This document shows, one piece after another, positions 1 through 13,516 of a stretch of 64,000 nt of DNA. The first letter of the stretch is position 1. Each line of letters starts with the position of its first letter. The notes beneath the pieces are model-generated. The model did no database searches. It had not been told where the DNA came from and saw only the letters and a program-made list of their open reading frames with translations. The stretch lies in contig CM120645.1 in assembly GCA_051362555.1 (NCBI GenBank), positions 19,654,001 through 19,718,000 of the forward strand, read 5' to 3'. The translations under genes and the position numbers were made by a program. The DNA is from Lingula anatina. Lineage: Eukaryota > Animalia > Brachiopoda.

Positions 1-143
1 TAGGCTAGAGTTAAAAAGTCGTCTATATATAATAATAAAGTGGATAGTTTGTTTCATGGGGTCGGCTGTAGAATGAGCTACTTCTAAATGAATCGTGAAA
101 CTTGAGGGAAGTATTGAAGCAGCCGGTGGTTTACAGCAGTCCT

Positions 144-3100
144 CTAGCCATTGTCAACAATATTGCGGACGCTGCTGTTTGCTGTCAGTGGACCCATCTC
201 GAGCTGTTCTTCCTCCAACACTTCCTATCATGATGAAAAACACTGCATATAAATAGTCTGTAAACTAAACATATATCTCAATATTTCAAGCATTGGATGT
301 TTACAGAAAATAAATTCCATCTTTTTTCATTAGATTCATGTAGGTTAGAGAGTCGTTAACTTATACATGTACAAATTGCTTGAAGTTCGAGACGGTTCAC
401 AATAAGGAGCCAGAGAGTAATTACCCTATTAGAAGCAATCAGTGTAATAAATCCAGGCGTTACCTGAGCAATGTCTAAAATGGGAGAAGTGATCACATCG
501 GTTGGAAAATTATTCACGTAGTAGTCACACAGCCATCTTCATTTAAAAAAATGAATATAAAATTATAATAGATATATAGACAAATAAATATAGTGAATGG
601 ATGAAGAAAATAGATTAAATACAAAAATAATAATAAATAAAAAATATAAATAAATAAATGTCAGATCTGGCTTAAAAAGTTGTTAGTTATAGGGAGTCTT
701 GCAGGAAGAAAAAAACATTGATGAAATTCGTACCGATGACTTAAAAGGCCAGTCATGCTGTCAATTCTTTGGTCCACTTCGCTGAAATAAAACAGAGAGA
801 GATGGTTTGATCTGTGCTGAAAGTTCAATATGAGACTAAGCAGGGACAATGGAAACTGAAGACAAATGATGTCTACGAAGTTAACATGACTTATTTTGAA
901 AAGTGCATTGTAGACAGGCAAATGCTTACGAAGCTAATGATGGAATTGTTCACGACATTTCATTTAATTATTCACTGCACATATTCATGTAGTTGTATGT
1001 CATGCAGTAGTATTGCCTACCATACTAATCTATCAATCAGATCCCTGAAGACATGTTCTGTATCTGTGTAGATGATGGTACCTTGGAGGATTTTCAGTCT
1101 GGCTTCTGCTCTGGTCGGCAGTTCAGTCCAAAGTGGGTGTCTAAATAAATCGACCAAAATTTATTGCTGTCTTCCAACACTTCCTACTGTTCTAAAATTC
1201 TTAGGTATTTTTTAGAAAAAATTACTGGCTACATTCTAATTTTCCAGTTCATACCACTAGCAACTCTAAAGAAGGGAGCCGTGTCATTTTGGCTTATATT
1301 TCTATCAGAACTATTGGCATGAATAACAGTTCTGTCATGATTTACATAGCTGTATCCTTTTCATTACCTTCCCTCCATAAGTTCAAACAACATGACACCC
1401 AATGCGTAGAAATCGGCTCTCCACGAGGCGGCGCCACCCCTCAGCACCTCTGGTGTCATGTTTTTATAGAGTGTGAAGTTCATAAATTGCACCGCATCGA
1501 TACTCTCTCCGGCATCATTTAGAGGGTGAACAGATCCTAGATCACACTGAAAGAAAATAATCCGCATTTGAAATTTGAATAAAAAGGGAATGTGGTTGCC
1601 AAAATGAAAGTGTTGATTACATCCAAAATCTTTTTCTTTTTTTTTCAAAACAAAACCATATTTTTATCAGTCATAAAACGTATTAATTCAAATAATGACA
1701 CATCGGTGACACATGAATAATCATTTTATGTACGTAAAGAAGCGAGTCTTATCGAAGAGCGAGACGGTAGCCAAAATCAGGCCCGACCCAGGAACATCAA
1801 GGCGAGAAGAGAAAAATAACCTGAAAAAATCGAACATCTTACCAGTTTAGGGACCCCGTGTAGACTAACCAACACGTTGTTCGTTTTTAAATCAAAATGG
1901 GCTACATTCCGTTGGTGCAGGTGCCCAATAGCCATACAGACGCACGTGGCAATATATTTCACCATATGAACAGGAACTTCGTCCCTAAGAAATAAATAAA
2001 TGCAACTGTCAGTATTATATTCAGGTCAATATTAAAGTAAATAATATTTTGTTGAATAACAAATTTACTGTGAAATAGATATTTTTTATGATCGTACAAG
2101 ATAAAATCGGAAAAAAATGAAAGTATTATTTAAAGAAAAGAAAGTAATATAATTACTTACAGGAAAGTTTCCCAATACTCTTGGAGAATTTCAAGGTCCA
2201 TCGGACACAATTCCGATAGTAGAACGGGAAACCCAGGCCTAACATCAAATGAGTGAACGAGTCTGGAACGGAAATTTCTCATATCATAATGAGTTAAACT
2301 AAATCGGATGAAATAAATAAGTTCAATCTGTAGGCCTACAGCGTAATTTTTCATTATAATCATAATAATTGAAATTTTACAGTTACAGTTTATGACGTTT
2401 ATATCCATCCAGTATGTACTGGTACTCATTAAATTTAACATAATGATGTTGTGCAAGATGCTGATTGTTGTATGTGTCAAACATTTAACGAGGTGAAGAG
2501 ATTATTACTTGGTGATGCATAAAGGACATGCGTGTTTCATAGGTATCCAAGCTTACAAATTAACCAACATATTAAATTGTTTGTATTCATCTGATAAAAT
2601 ACCTTAAGATAAATTTGCTGTCTATCCTCTTCATAAAAGAAACTTCTCTGTAAATGGACCTTGCATAGGCCTCAGAGGTAGGCACCTTCAATGCCAGGTT
2701 GTTTTTAAACTAAACATAAAATATTTCGAACGGTTACTGGGATGTCACTTTCGTAAACAATATAATAGCAAAATAAACTGGTAACATTACTACAGGATTA
2801 ATCACAGTAAACATATATTGTTCTGCTGCTACTGCTTTAAAATCTTAAACTACAATTACTGTCATAACTGTGTTCTTATGCTACTACTATTGCTACTCCC
2901 TCTATCCCAGTATCACTTTAGTTTGTTTATCATGATAAGTTCAATACCTTGTACACTGAACCGAATCCGCCACCTCCCAAAATCGGAAGCATCGTGTCTT
3001 TCTTCCAGAAAAGGGCCCGGACCTTACATTTACATTGAAGAAAGGGAAATTGAAATAGACACTTAAATAAAACGGCACGATTACTTTGATTAATTAGAAA

Positions 3101-3291
3101 CAAAGTTATAAATATCTTTTCGGGGTGAAGTAGGACTACAGATATATTGATAATAACAGTTGAGTTTTTGATTTTTGTTCTGCTAAAAAGCAATATCTTA
3201 CCTCGTTTTCGAGTCTGAATATGTCTCTGTGAAAAATGTACATGTAACTGTATTTCATGCCTAAAAAGGCCAAATGCGACGCAACTATCAT
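144..3291 (-). CDS. Ser/Thr-type protein kinase, copy 1 (10 exons, ~338 aa, non-RD)
   Basis: Exons 3291-3202, 3022-2948, 2709-2603, 2262-2161, 1984-1843, 1546-1368, 1140-1021, 781-734, 536-464, 224-144. All are GT-AG and total 1017 nt in frame. Motifs: GGGGFGSVYK, LALK, alphaC E (EVSFMKR), HFDLKTNN, CDLG, MTPE, DFYALG, DQR. The start codon could instead be 3258. Confidence 0.88.
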
Positions 3292-3380
3292 TGCGTATAT
3301 CGTCTATTTTACTCAAAAGAAAATCGCTGTATTCACTTTGCTTGCGCGCAGCATATCTCCAATAGCTTTTCTGCTACCTG

Positions 3381-3462
3381 GTAACGTCAGCACGGGCCAA
3401 TGACGTCACAATATGTTTTGCCTTTTAAGGACATATATCTATCGCGTGAAATACGCATGCGC
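3381..3462. promoter_or_regulatory. Putative kinase promoter: CCAAT overlapping a full CRE (TGACGTCA), a half-CRE and an NRF1-like CGCATGCGC
   Basis: CCAAT at 3397-3401 and TGACGTCA at 3401-3408, ~110 bp upstream of the ATG. The CRE is conserved in all four kinase copies (also ~11144, ~20343, ~41070). Confidence 0.5.
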
Positions 3463-4352
3463 CCAAAAATGGGAAATGGGCGTTTTTTCATGCTTACAGC
3501 TATAAGGTTGAAAGTAGGCCTAATTTGTAACTGCCCAAAGCAGCAAATGATTTTGATAAACGCAATATTCTATACAGACTTGTAACTTGCTTACAGGTGA
3601 AATACGCCTTCCATTTGAAGAAACTTTGAAATTCTCTGTTTAAAAGAAAAAAAACTTGGGGGTTTCTGTTTAGCGGTGCTTTGATAGGTTTAGGCCCCTT
3701 TTTTTAATAGGCCTAAATGAAAGGGGTTAGGCTAAATATAAACACGTTTGACTTAAAAGTTAATATAGATCACAAGATACGAAATAAATTATGTCGTGTA
3801 TATTGAAAAAGAATATCCGAAAGTGTCGAGAATACGGCCCCAGAGTGGTAGAAAGAAAGTTTTTATTTTTGCGGAAAATAATGAATTTCGAATAATAAAA
3901 GTTGCAACATGACCATTAGATCTAGTTTCTTTGTGAAACGCTCTCTGTTGGGTACGGTGCAGTAGGTCAACTAGTCAATTGAAGTTTTTTTTTTCTTTTT
4001 TTTTTTTTTTAACACGGGGTCATTTTTACTAACTTGATATCAAATTGGGAAATAGTTATGCAAATCATCAATGTTTAATAATGTTTTCAAAATTTATTAG
4101 GGGCCCATATTCCATGAACAATGCTGGCTATTCGACAAATTAGTCGTCTTGTATAGATAATCGTGTTCATTTATAACTAGAAAATAGCTCAATAGTTCAT
4201 AAAACAATGAATAGTAAAAGCCATGAAAAATAAGAATAGCAAGGCATCAACATTCTTGTCGGCTCCCCCTATAGCTGATGAACCTACCAGCTTTTCCAAT
4301 CCTGCTAGATTCTGCTTTGTTCTTTCTAAACATTTGTTCTACTACACTGTAG

Positions 4353-4558
4353 GTTCTGGTGGGTTCCCACAAGGCCGGTCGCCAGAATCATCACAGAGTT
4401 GGGGGCCAGAACGGCATTGATGAAGAACGAATCGAGCACCTGGCCAAAATTTGTTCATTGAAGTACGTGGAGTTAGAGCCTGGTAAGGGTGTCCTTATCT
4501 AAACACAAATAAATTCACCTTATTCACACCCACCCACCCACAAACACACACACACGCG

Positions 4559-4598
<40 letters not shown>

Positions 4599-5812
4599 TG
4601 CACACGCGTAGATTATGTCAAAATCGGTCGGAAACGATTCAGTTGGAATATTCAAACAGTACTTAAGTGCCAACTACCTCGTTTATTTCGGTCTTAAAAC
4701 TAATGTATTTGTCTTGACTTTTTTTTTCTTTTTTACATACATCGCCTATTTGGTCACTTAAACTGAACATGTGCTACATGTACGTACTTGTGTATAAATT
4801 GCTCGTAAAACCTTTATAGAACAATGTCGCATGGTCGATTTTACGCATTCGGGTATCTGTCAGGTATCTAGGTTTGACAGACATAATAAAGCCTTTTTAT
4901 TGAAGTAGTTAAATTTTTAAAACAAACATATATTTCATTTTTGTTTCTTTTTGGAATAAATACATGTATATTTTTTGGAGCTTTTGGGGATAGCTTTGAA
5001 TTAAAATGCTGGTCATCTATTGGGTCACTAAGTGAAATGTTGTTGTTTGAGAAATAAATGAGGAACCATAGTCATTTCCCTTACTTATATAGGAGATGCT
5101 TTGATTTTCCACGCCAACTTGATCCATAAAAGCGACGCCAACAACAGTAACAAGCGGCGGTGGTCGTTCCTTGTTTCTTACAACACCAAGGAAAACAACC
5201 CGGTGTACGTTCATCATCATGCCCAGTACACGCCCTTAGATGTGGTACGTCAAGATATTCTGGTCTTTTTTATTTTTAATAAAAATGACCTGGAAAGATT
5301 TTGGATAGTTCACGAATATCAAACCTATTTCATATTCACAGTTCGCAAACACGCTGCTCAATCCTCAATTTTTATTGAATTCAGATAGAATCTGAATATG
5401 CAAGAATAAATTTAATTTATCGTTTGTACATTAATTTTACAAATTCCGCCATTAGGAGAGTTACATGTGTTACCACCAGTTTAATTGCTAATTCAAATCA
5501 GATAATACCAGAGTACTCTAACAGCATCATTTATGGTAAGAATTCAATTATTTTCAGAGAGGCAAAACGTGTTTTCACGTAGGAAATAGCCCTTTTACAC
5601 TCCGTCTAATAGCGTTGATCACATGACTGACTCGTGATTGACAATCCTTTTTAACTAACATCATTTCTATGTTGTAGGTTCCTAATTCCGCCATTAAAAC
5701 CTGCACCAACTTCACAGACATGACGGGGAAGGAATTTCTGGACCCGTCCATTGACAAGACTGTCATCGCCGATAAAACTAACCCTGTGAAATTACCAAAG
5801 ACTAGCGAATAA
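4353..5812 (+). CDS. PhyH-family Fe(II)/2OG dioxygenase (proline/ectoine hydroxylase-like), last three exons only, copy 1
   Basis: Exons 4353-4482, 5093-5244 and 5678-5812 splice in frame: VLVGSHKAG...ELEPG-DALIFHANLIHKSDANNSNKRR...-VPNSAIK...KTSE*. GSH, PGD, the distal His and the 2OG-binding Arg are present. No HxD-bearing 5' exons were found in the unit. Confidence 0.8.
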
Positions 5813-6602
5813 TCCTTTGAAGTGAAGGAAAACCAAAATCAAAGCGAAGTTAATTTTTTTAAACATTTGACTAAAATTATATGGCAGAATCAGGAGCATA
5901 GGCAGCTACTTTTAAAGAGTGGAAGGAGGGTTCAAAATAACGAGGGCGACAAAAAATATTTGCTTGAAATTCAATATCGGTTGACTTAATGTTTTAATGA
6001 TTTATTTTAATTTTTAACATATAGCTTAAAGAGTTGATAGGCGCAGTGTCCTTCAGACAATGGAAGAAATATCTGCCAGGTGTTGAGCCAGAGATCCATT
6101 GTATTACTGGGGAGATTTCCAGGCATATTTCTTAACTATTTTAATATTCCGGTGGTTTTCACTCATCTTTACGTTGACATAATAGCTGATTGATTTTAAA
6201 ACTTGGAAGCGGATTCAGAATGCTTAAATAAAGTGTGAAAATGCTTTTCTGTGTACTTTTGCTTACAGCGATAAGAAAACGTGGAAAAGGGGTGCTCTAG
6301 TGGCGTTGAAGCCGTCCCTGTGTACAGTAGCAGATGATTCCACAATTTTGTTTGATTTTTTAGGTGCTTAAGATATCCAAGTTGGTGGAAATAAGTTTTA
6401 AACAGGTGACTGCAACATCATTTTATTTTAACTAGGCTTTATTTTAACAAGGCAGCAAAGCTGTCAAATGTACAGACAAAAAACAGAATAAAAAGATGCA
6501 AAATAGGTCATTTTGTCAATTTTGATGCAATAATAAATAACGCTTATAATAGTCAGTCAACACTGATTTTTAATCATGCGCAACAGGTAACATGGTCAAT
6601 AA

Positions 6603-6758
6603 CAGGAGCGGATGCAGAGATATTTTCTGACAGTATTCCAAAGTATCTTTGTTGATCCATCCTCCATTTTGATGGTCTTCCAATAGAAACCCGTTAATAT
6701 AAACTTTAAAATCTGACTGTCTTCCAGGAGACCCAGAAGATGGTCTCAACCCACCCCT
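6603..6758. mobile_element. Degenerate short MITE (same family as 37700-37857)
   Basis: caggagcggatgcagagatattttct...cttccaggagacccagaagat aligns by eye to 37700-37857. It is repeated at 14306-14461. Confidence 0.5.
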
Positions 6759-7869
6759 TCAATAAGATTACAGTTTTAGGACCATGAGAGTTAAAATTCA
6801 CATGATGAAAGTCCCAATATATGAAAAATGATGACAGTGCATAAAATAATATTACAGCGTGTTTAAAGACATAAATACCAATACAACTGCTTATGTGGAA
6901 ATACTGAAAATGTGCAGAGCCTCAGGTGGATGGGAGTTAAAAGTCACATCTTAAAAATGCCAGTGTTGGAGAAAAAATTAAAAAGAAAACAACAAAAATA
7001 TAATCCCAATGAAGTTATCTAGCAGAGAGCTTAACCTTTGGGAGTTTACAGGGAAATATCAACAAGTGTGCTTTATTAAATCTCATTTAATGGTCAATTA
7101 ATTAGGCGAATGAGTTTATAGCACTGAACTTAGCCCAGTGAATACCCAAGGGGAATTTACATGTACCTGTGTATAATTATCATGTAGGTCCCTTTTTCAA
7201 TTCACTAGTGTTTCCTCAATCATTAACACAGGTTATTTGGACTTATGAGATACTGAATTTTCCTTGGTTGATATGCTACCAAATCACTATTTCGCTCCAA
7301 TGTTTCAAAAATTTCTCGGGAGAGTTCACCCAAACCACCAACCCCCCCTCCCCGACCCTCCCACCCACCCATCCTTTAGTAGGATAGGTCTTTAAAAGAG
7401 AGGAATTAAAATTTCAAAAAATTTATTTATCTTTTCTGTTATCAAATTATCGAAACAATTTACAACAAAGTAATTATCAAATTATACGTAGGCCAACATG
7501 ATTATGTGATTTATAAAAATTGGCACTTATTCTCTGCACATACAAAAGAAACGTGGTTTTTATCACTAAATTCTATTTAAATGTTTAAATAATTAGCTTC
7601 AATTTTTTGTCTTGGTGAAACTGTAAGGAAAACTTGAATTAGCATAATTCACTGCTTGATTTTTTTTCAAAATTTATTAAAACTGATGTTTTTAGCAGAT
7701 ATTAAATTAATCGTTCTGAGCTGTTGTAGGCTAGAGTTAAAAAGTCGTCTATATATAATAATAAAGTGGATAGTTTGTTTCATGGGGTCGGCTGTAGAAT
7801 GAGCTACTTCTAAATGAATCGTGAAACTTGAGGGAAGTATTGTAGCAGCCGGTGGTTTACAGCAGTCCT

Positions 7870-10800
7870 CTAGCCATTGTCAACAATATTGCGGACGCTG
7901 CTGTTTGCTGTCAGTGGACCCATCTCGAGCTGTTCTTCCTCCAACACTTCCTATCATGATGAAAAACACTGCATATAAATAGTCTGTAAACTAAACATAT
8001 ATCTCAATATTTCAAGCATTGGATGTTTACAGAAAATAAATTCCATCTTTTTTCATTAGATTCATGTAGGTTAGAGAGTCGTTAACTTATACATGTACAA
8101 ATTGCTTGAAGTTCGAGACGGTTCACAATAAGGAGCCAGAGAGTAATTACCCTATTAGAAGCAATCAGTGTAATAAATCCAGGCGTTACCTGAGCAATGT
8201 CTAAAATGGGAGAAGTGATCACATCGGTTGGAAAATTATTCACGTAGTAGTCACACAGCCATCTGCATTTAAAAAAATGAATATAAAATTATAATAGATA
8301 TATAGACAAATAAATATAGTGAATGGATGAAGAAAATATATTAAATACAAAAATAATAATAAATAAAAAATATAAATAAATAAATGTCAGATCTGGCTTA
8401 AAAAGTTGTTAGTTATAGGGAGTCTTGCAGGAAGAAAAAAACATTGATGAAATTCGTACCGATGACTTAAAAGGCCAGTCATGCTGTCAATTCTTTGGTC
8501 CACTTCTCTGAAATAAAACAGAGAGAGATGGTTTGATCTGTGCTGAAAGTTCAATATGAGACTAAGCAGGGACAATGGAAACTGAAGACAAATGATGTCT
8601 ACGAAGTTAACATGACTTATTTTGAAAAGTGCATTGTTTACTTTTGGGTCTTTAGACAGGCAAATGCTTACGAAGCTAATGATGGAATTGTTCACGACAT
8701 TTCATTTAATTATTCACTGCACATATTCATGTAGTTGTATGTCATGCAGTAGTATTGCCTACCATACTAATCTATCAATCAGATCCCTGAAGACATGTTC
8801 TGTATCTGTGTAGATGATGGTGCCTTGGAGGATTTTCATTCTGGCTTCTGCTCTGGTCGGCAATTCAGTCCAAAGTGGGTGTCTAAATAAATCGACCAAA
8901 ATTTATTGCTGTCTTCCAACACTTCCTACTGTTCTAAAATTCTAAGGTATTTTTTAGAAAAAATTTACTGGCTACATTCTAATTTTCCAGTTCATACCAC
9001 TAGCAACTCTAAAGAAGGGAGCCGTGTCATTTTGGCTTATATTTCTATCAGAACTATTGGCATGAATAACAGTTCTGTCATGATTTACATAGCTGTATCC
9101 TTTTCATTACCTTCCCTCCATAAGTTCAAACAACATGACACCCAATGCGTAGAAATCGGCTCTCCACGAGGCGGCGCCACCCCTCAGTACCTCTGGTGTC
9201 ATGTTTTTATAGAGTGTGAAGTTCATAAATTGCACCGCATCGATACTCTCTCCGGCATCATTTAGAGGGTGAACAGATCCTAGATCACACTGAAAGAAAA
9301 TAATCCGCATTAGAAATTTGAATAAAAAGGGAATGTGGTTGCCAAAATGAAAGTGTTGATTACATCCAAAATTTTTTTTTTTTTTTCAAAACAAAACCAT
9401 ATTTTTATCAGTCATAAAACGTATTAATTCAAATTATGACACATCGGTGACACATGAATAATCATTTTATGTACGTAAAGAAGCGAGTCTTAGCGAAGAG
9501 CGAGACGGTAGCCAAAATCAGGCCCGACCCAGGAACATCAAGGCGAGAAGAGAAAAATAACCTGAAAAAATCGAACATCTTACCAGTTTAGGGACCCCGT
9601 GTAGACTAACCAACACGTTGTTCGTTTTTAAATCAAAATGGGCTACATTCCGTTGGTGCAGGTGCCCAATAGCCATACAGACGCACGTGGCAATATATTT
9701 CACCATCTGAACAGGAACTTCGTCCCTAAGAAATAAATAAATGCAACTGTCAGTATTATATTCAGGTCAATATTAAAGGAAATAATATTTTGTTGAATAA
9801 CGAATTTACTGTGAAATAGATATTTTTTATGATCGTACAAGATAAAATCGGAAAAAAATGAAAGTATTATTTAAAGAAAAGAAAGTAATATAATTACTTA
9901 CAGGAAAGTTTCCCAATACTCTTGGAGAATTTCGAGGTCCATCGGACACAATTCCGATAGTAGAACGGGAAACCCAGGCCTAACATCAAATGAGTGAACG
10001 AGTCTGGAACGGAAATTTCTCATATCATAATGAGTTAAACTAAATCGGATGAAATAAATAAGTTCAATCTGTAGGCCTACAGCGTAATTTTTCATTATAA
10101 TCATAATTATTGAAATTTTACAGTTACAGTTTATGACGTTTATATCCATCCAGTATGTACTGGTACTCATTAAATTTAACATAATGATGTTGTGCAAGAT
10201 GCTGATTGTTGTATGTGTCAAACATTTAACGAGGTGAAGAGATTATTACTTGGTGATGCATAAAGGACATGCGTGTTTCATAGGTATCCAAGCTTACAAA
10301 TTAACCAACATATTAAATTGTTTGTATTCATCTGATAAAATACCTTAAGATAAATTTGCTGTCTATCCTCTTCATAAAAGAAACTTCTCTGTAAATGGAC
10401 CTTGCATAGGCCTCAGAGGTAGGCACCTTCAATGCCAGGTTGTTTTTAAACTAAACATAAAATATTTCGAACGGTTACTGGGATGTCACTTTCGTAAACA
10501 ATATAATAGCAAAATAAACTGGTAACATTACTACAGGATTAATCACAGTAAACATATATTGTTCTGCTGCTACTGCTTTAAAATCTTAAACTACAATTAC
10601 TGTCATGACTGTGTTCTTATGCTACTACTATTGCTACTCCCTCTATCCCAGTATCACTTTAGTTTGTTTATCATGATAAGTTCAATACCTTGTACACTGA
10701 ACCGAATCCTCCACCTCCCAAAATCGGAAGCATCGTGTCTTTCTTCCAGAAAAGGGCCCGGACCTTACATTTACATTGAAGAAAGGGAAATTGAAATAGA

Positions 10801-11034
10801 TACTTAAATAAAACGGCACGATTACTTTGATTAATTAGAAACAAAGTTATAAATATCTTTTCGGGGTGAAGTAGGACTACAGATATATTGATAATAACAG
10901 TTGAGTTTTTGATTTTTGTTCTGCTAAAAAAATAAATATCTTACCTCGTTCTCGAGTCTGAATATGTCTCTGTGAAAAATGTACATGTAACTGTATTTCA
11001 TGCCTAAAAAGGCCAAATGCGACGCAACTATCAT
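7870..11034 (-). pseudogene. Protein kinase copy 2, probable premature stop
   Basis: Same 10 exons as copy 1, but base 8507 (G>T on +) changes the split codon TG|C (Cys) to TG|A, upstream of subdomain XI. Confidence 0.72.
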
Positions 11035-12073
11035 TGCGTATATCGTCTATTTTACTCAAAAGAAAATCTCTGTATTCACTTTGCTTGCGCGCAGCATATC
11101 TCCAATAGCTTTTGTGCTACCTGGTAACGGCAGCACGGGCCAGTGACGTCACAATATGTTTTGCCTTTTAAGGACATATATCTATCGCGTGAAATACGCA
11201 TGCGCCCAAAAATGGGAAATGGGCGTTTTTTCATGCTAACAGCTATAAGGTTGAAAGTAGGCCTAATTTGTAACTGCCCAAAGCAGCAAATGATTTTGAT
11301 AAACGTAATATTCTATACCGACTTGTAACTTGCTTACAGGTGAAATACGCCTTCCATTTGAAGAAACTTTGAAATTCTCTGTTTAAAAGAAAAAAACTTG
11401 GGGGTTTCTGTTTAGCGGTGCTTTGATAGGTTTAGGCCCCTTTTTTTAATAGGCCTAAATGAAAGGGGTTAGGCTAAATATAAACACGTTTGACTTAAAA
11501 GTTAATATAGATCACAAGATACGAAATAAATTATATCCGAAAGTGTCGAGAATACGGGCCCCAGAGTGGTAGAAAGAAAGTTTTTATTTTTGCGGAAAAT
11601 AATGAATTTCGAATAATAAAAGTTGCAACATGACCATTAGATCTAGTTTCTTTGTGAAACGCTCTCTGTTGGTTACGGTGCAGTAGGTCAACTAGTCAAT
11701 TGAAGGTTTTTTTTTTTTTTTTTTTTTTTTTAACACGGGGTCATTTTTACTAACTTGATATCAAATTGGGAAATAGTTATGCAAATCATCAATGTTTAAT
11801 AATGTTTTCAAAATTTATTAGGGGCCCATATTCCATGAACAATGCTGGCTATTCGACAAATTAGTCGTCTTGTATAGATAATCGTGTTCATTTACAACTA
11901 GAAAATAGCTCAATAGTTCATAAAACAATGAATAGTAAAAGCCATGAAAAATAAGAATAGCAAGGCATCAACATTCTTGTCGGCTCCCCCTATAGCTGAT
12001 GAACCTACCAGCTTTTCCAATCCTGCTAGATTCTGTTTTGTTCTTTCTAAGCATTTGTTCTACTACACTAAAG

Positions 12074-13516
12074 GTTCTGGTAGGTTCCCACAAGGCAGGA
12101 CGCCAGAATCATCACAGAGTTGGGGGCCAGAACGGCATTGATGAAGAACGAATCGAGCACCTGGCCAAAGTTTGCCCGTTGAAGTACGTGGAGTTGGAGC
12201 CTGGTAAGGGTGTCCTAATCTGAAGACAAATTTATTCACGTTATTCACACCCACCCACACACACACAAACACACACACACACACAAACACACACGCATGC
12301 ACACGCGTAGATTATGTCAAAATCGGTCGGAAAAGAATCAGTTGCAATACTCAAACAGTACTTAAGTGCCAACTACATGTACCTTGTTTATTTCGGTCTT
12401 AAAACTAATGTAATTGTTTTGACTTTTTGCTTTTTTTACATACATCGCCTATTTGGTCACTTTAACTGTACATGTACTGCTTGTGTATTAATTGTTCGTA
12501 AAACCTTTTTAATACAATGTCGCATGGTCGGTTTTACGCATTCAGGTATCTGTCAAGAGACCAGGTTTGACAGTTATCGCGAATTCTAAAACTTTACAAC
12601 AGACATAATAAAGCCCTTTTATTGAAGTAGTTAAAATTTAAAAACAAACATTTATTTCATTTTTGTTTCTTTTGGGAATAAATATATGTATGTTTTTGGA
12701 GCTTTTGGGTATAGCCTTGAATTAGGATGCAGGTCGTCTATTGGGTAACTACATGTAAGTGAAATGCTGATGTTTGAGAAATAAATGAGGAACCATAGTC
12801 ACTTCTCTTACTTATGTAGGTGATGCTTTGATCTTCAACGCCAACTTGATCCATAAGAGCGACGCCAACAACAGTAACAAGCGGCGGTGGTCGTTCCTCG
12901 TTTCGTACAACACCAAGGAAAACAACCCGGTGTACGTTCATCATCATGCCCAGTACACGCCTTTAGATGTGGTACGTCAAGATATTATGGTCTTTTTTAT
13001 TTTTAATAAAAATAACCTGGAAAGATTTTGGATAGTTCACGAATATCAAATCTATTTCATGCTCGCAGTTCGCAAAAGCACTGTTCATTCATTTTAAAAT
13101 TAAAATTTTTATTGAATTCAAATAGAATCCGAATACGCAAGATAACTTTACCGTTTGTACATTCATGAGGACGGGTAGCAAAGTTACAGGTGTGGATTTG
13201 AGGGTTGCACCTGTTTAACTGCTAATTCAAATTAACAAAAAAAACTTTTATGGTAAGAATTCAATTGTTCTTACAGAGGCAAAACATATTTTACATCAGA
13301 AAGAGGCAATGGCTCTTTGACACTCCATGACTGACTCGTGATTGACAATCCTTTTTAACTAACATCATTTCTATGTTGTAGGTTCCTAATTCCGCCATTA
13401 AAGCCTGCGCCAACTTCACAGACATGACGGGGAAGGAATTTCTGGACCCGTCCATTGACAAGACCGTCATCGCCGATAAAACTAACCCTGTGAAAATACC
13501 GAAGACTAGCGAATAA
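12074..13516 (+). CDS. PhyH-family dioxygenase last three exons, copy 2
   Basis: Same three exons with an open frame (VLVGSHKAG...; DALIFNANLIH...; VPNSAIKAC...KTSE*). The first acceptor is changed from tgtag to taaag. Confidence 0.75.

Noticed and set aside
814-1071. Recurrent plus-strand ORFs (MLKVQYETK..., MTSQYVLPF...) in each unit
   Set aside because: They overlap kinase introns or the promoter, differ by indels between copies and have no motifs; recurrence reflects duplication.
8505-8509. Selenocysteine recoding of the Cys>TGA change in kinase copy 2
   Set aside because: No SECIS was identified, and the 3' region is the same as in the Cys-coding copies; simple nonsense is more parsimonious.
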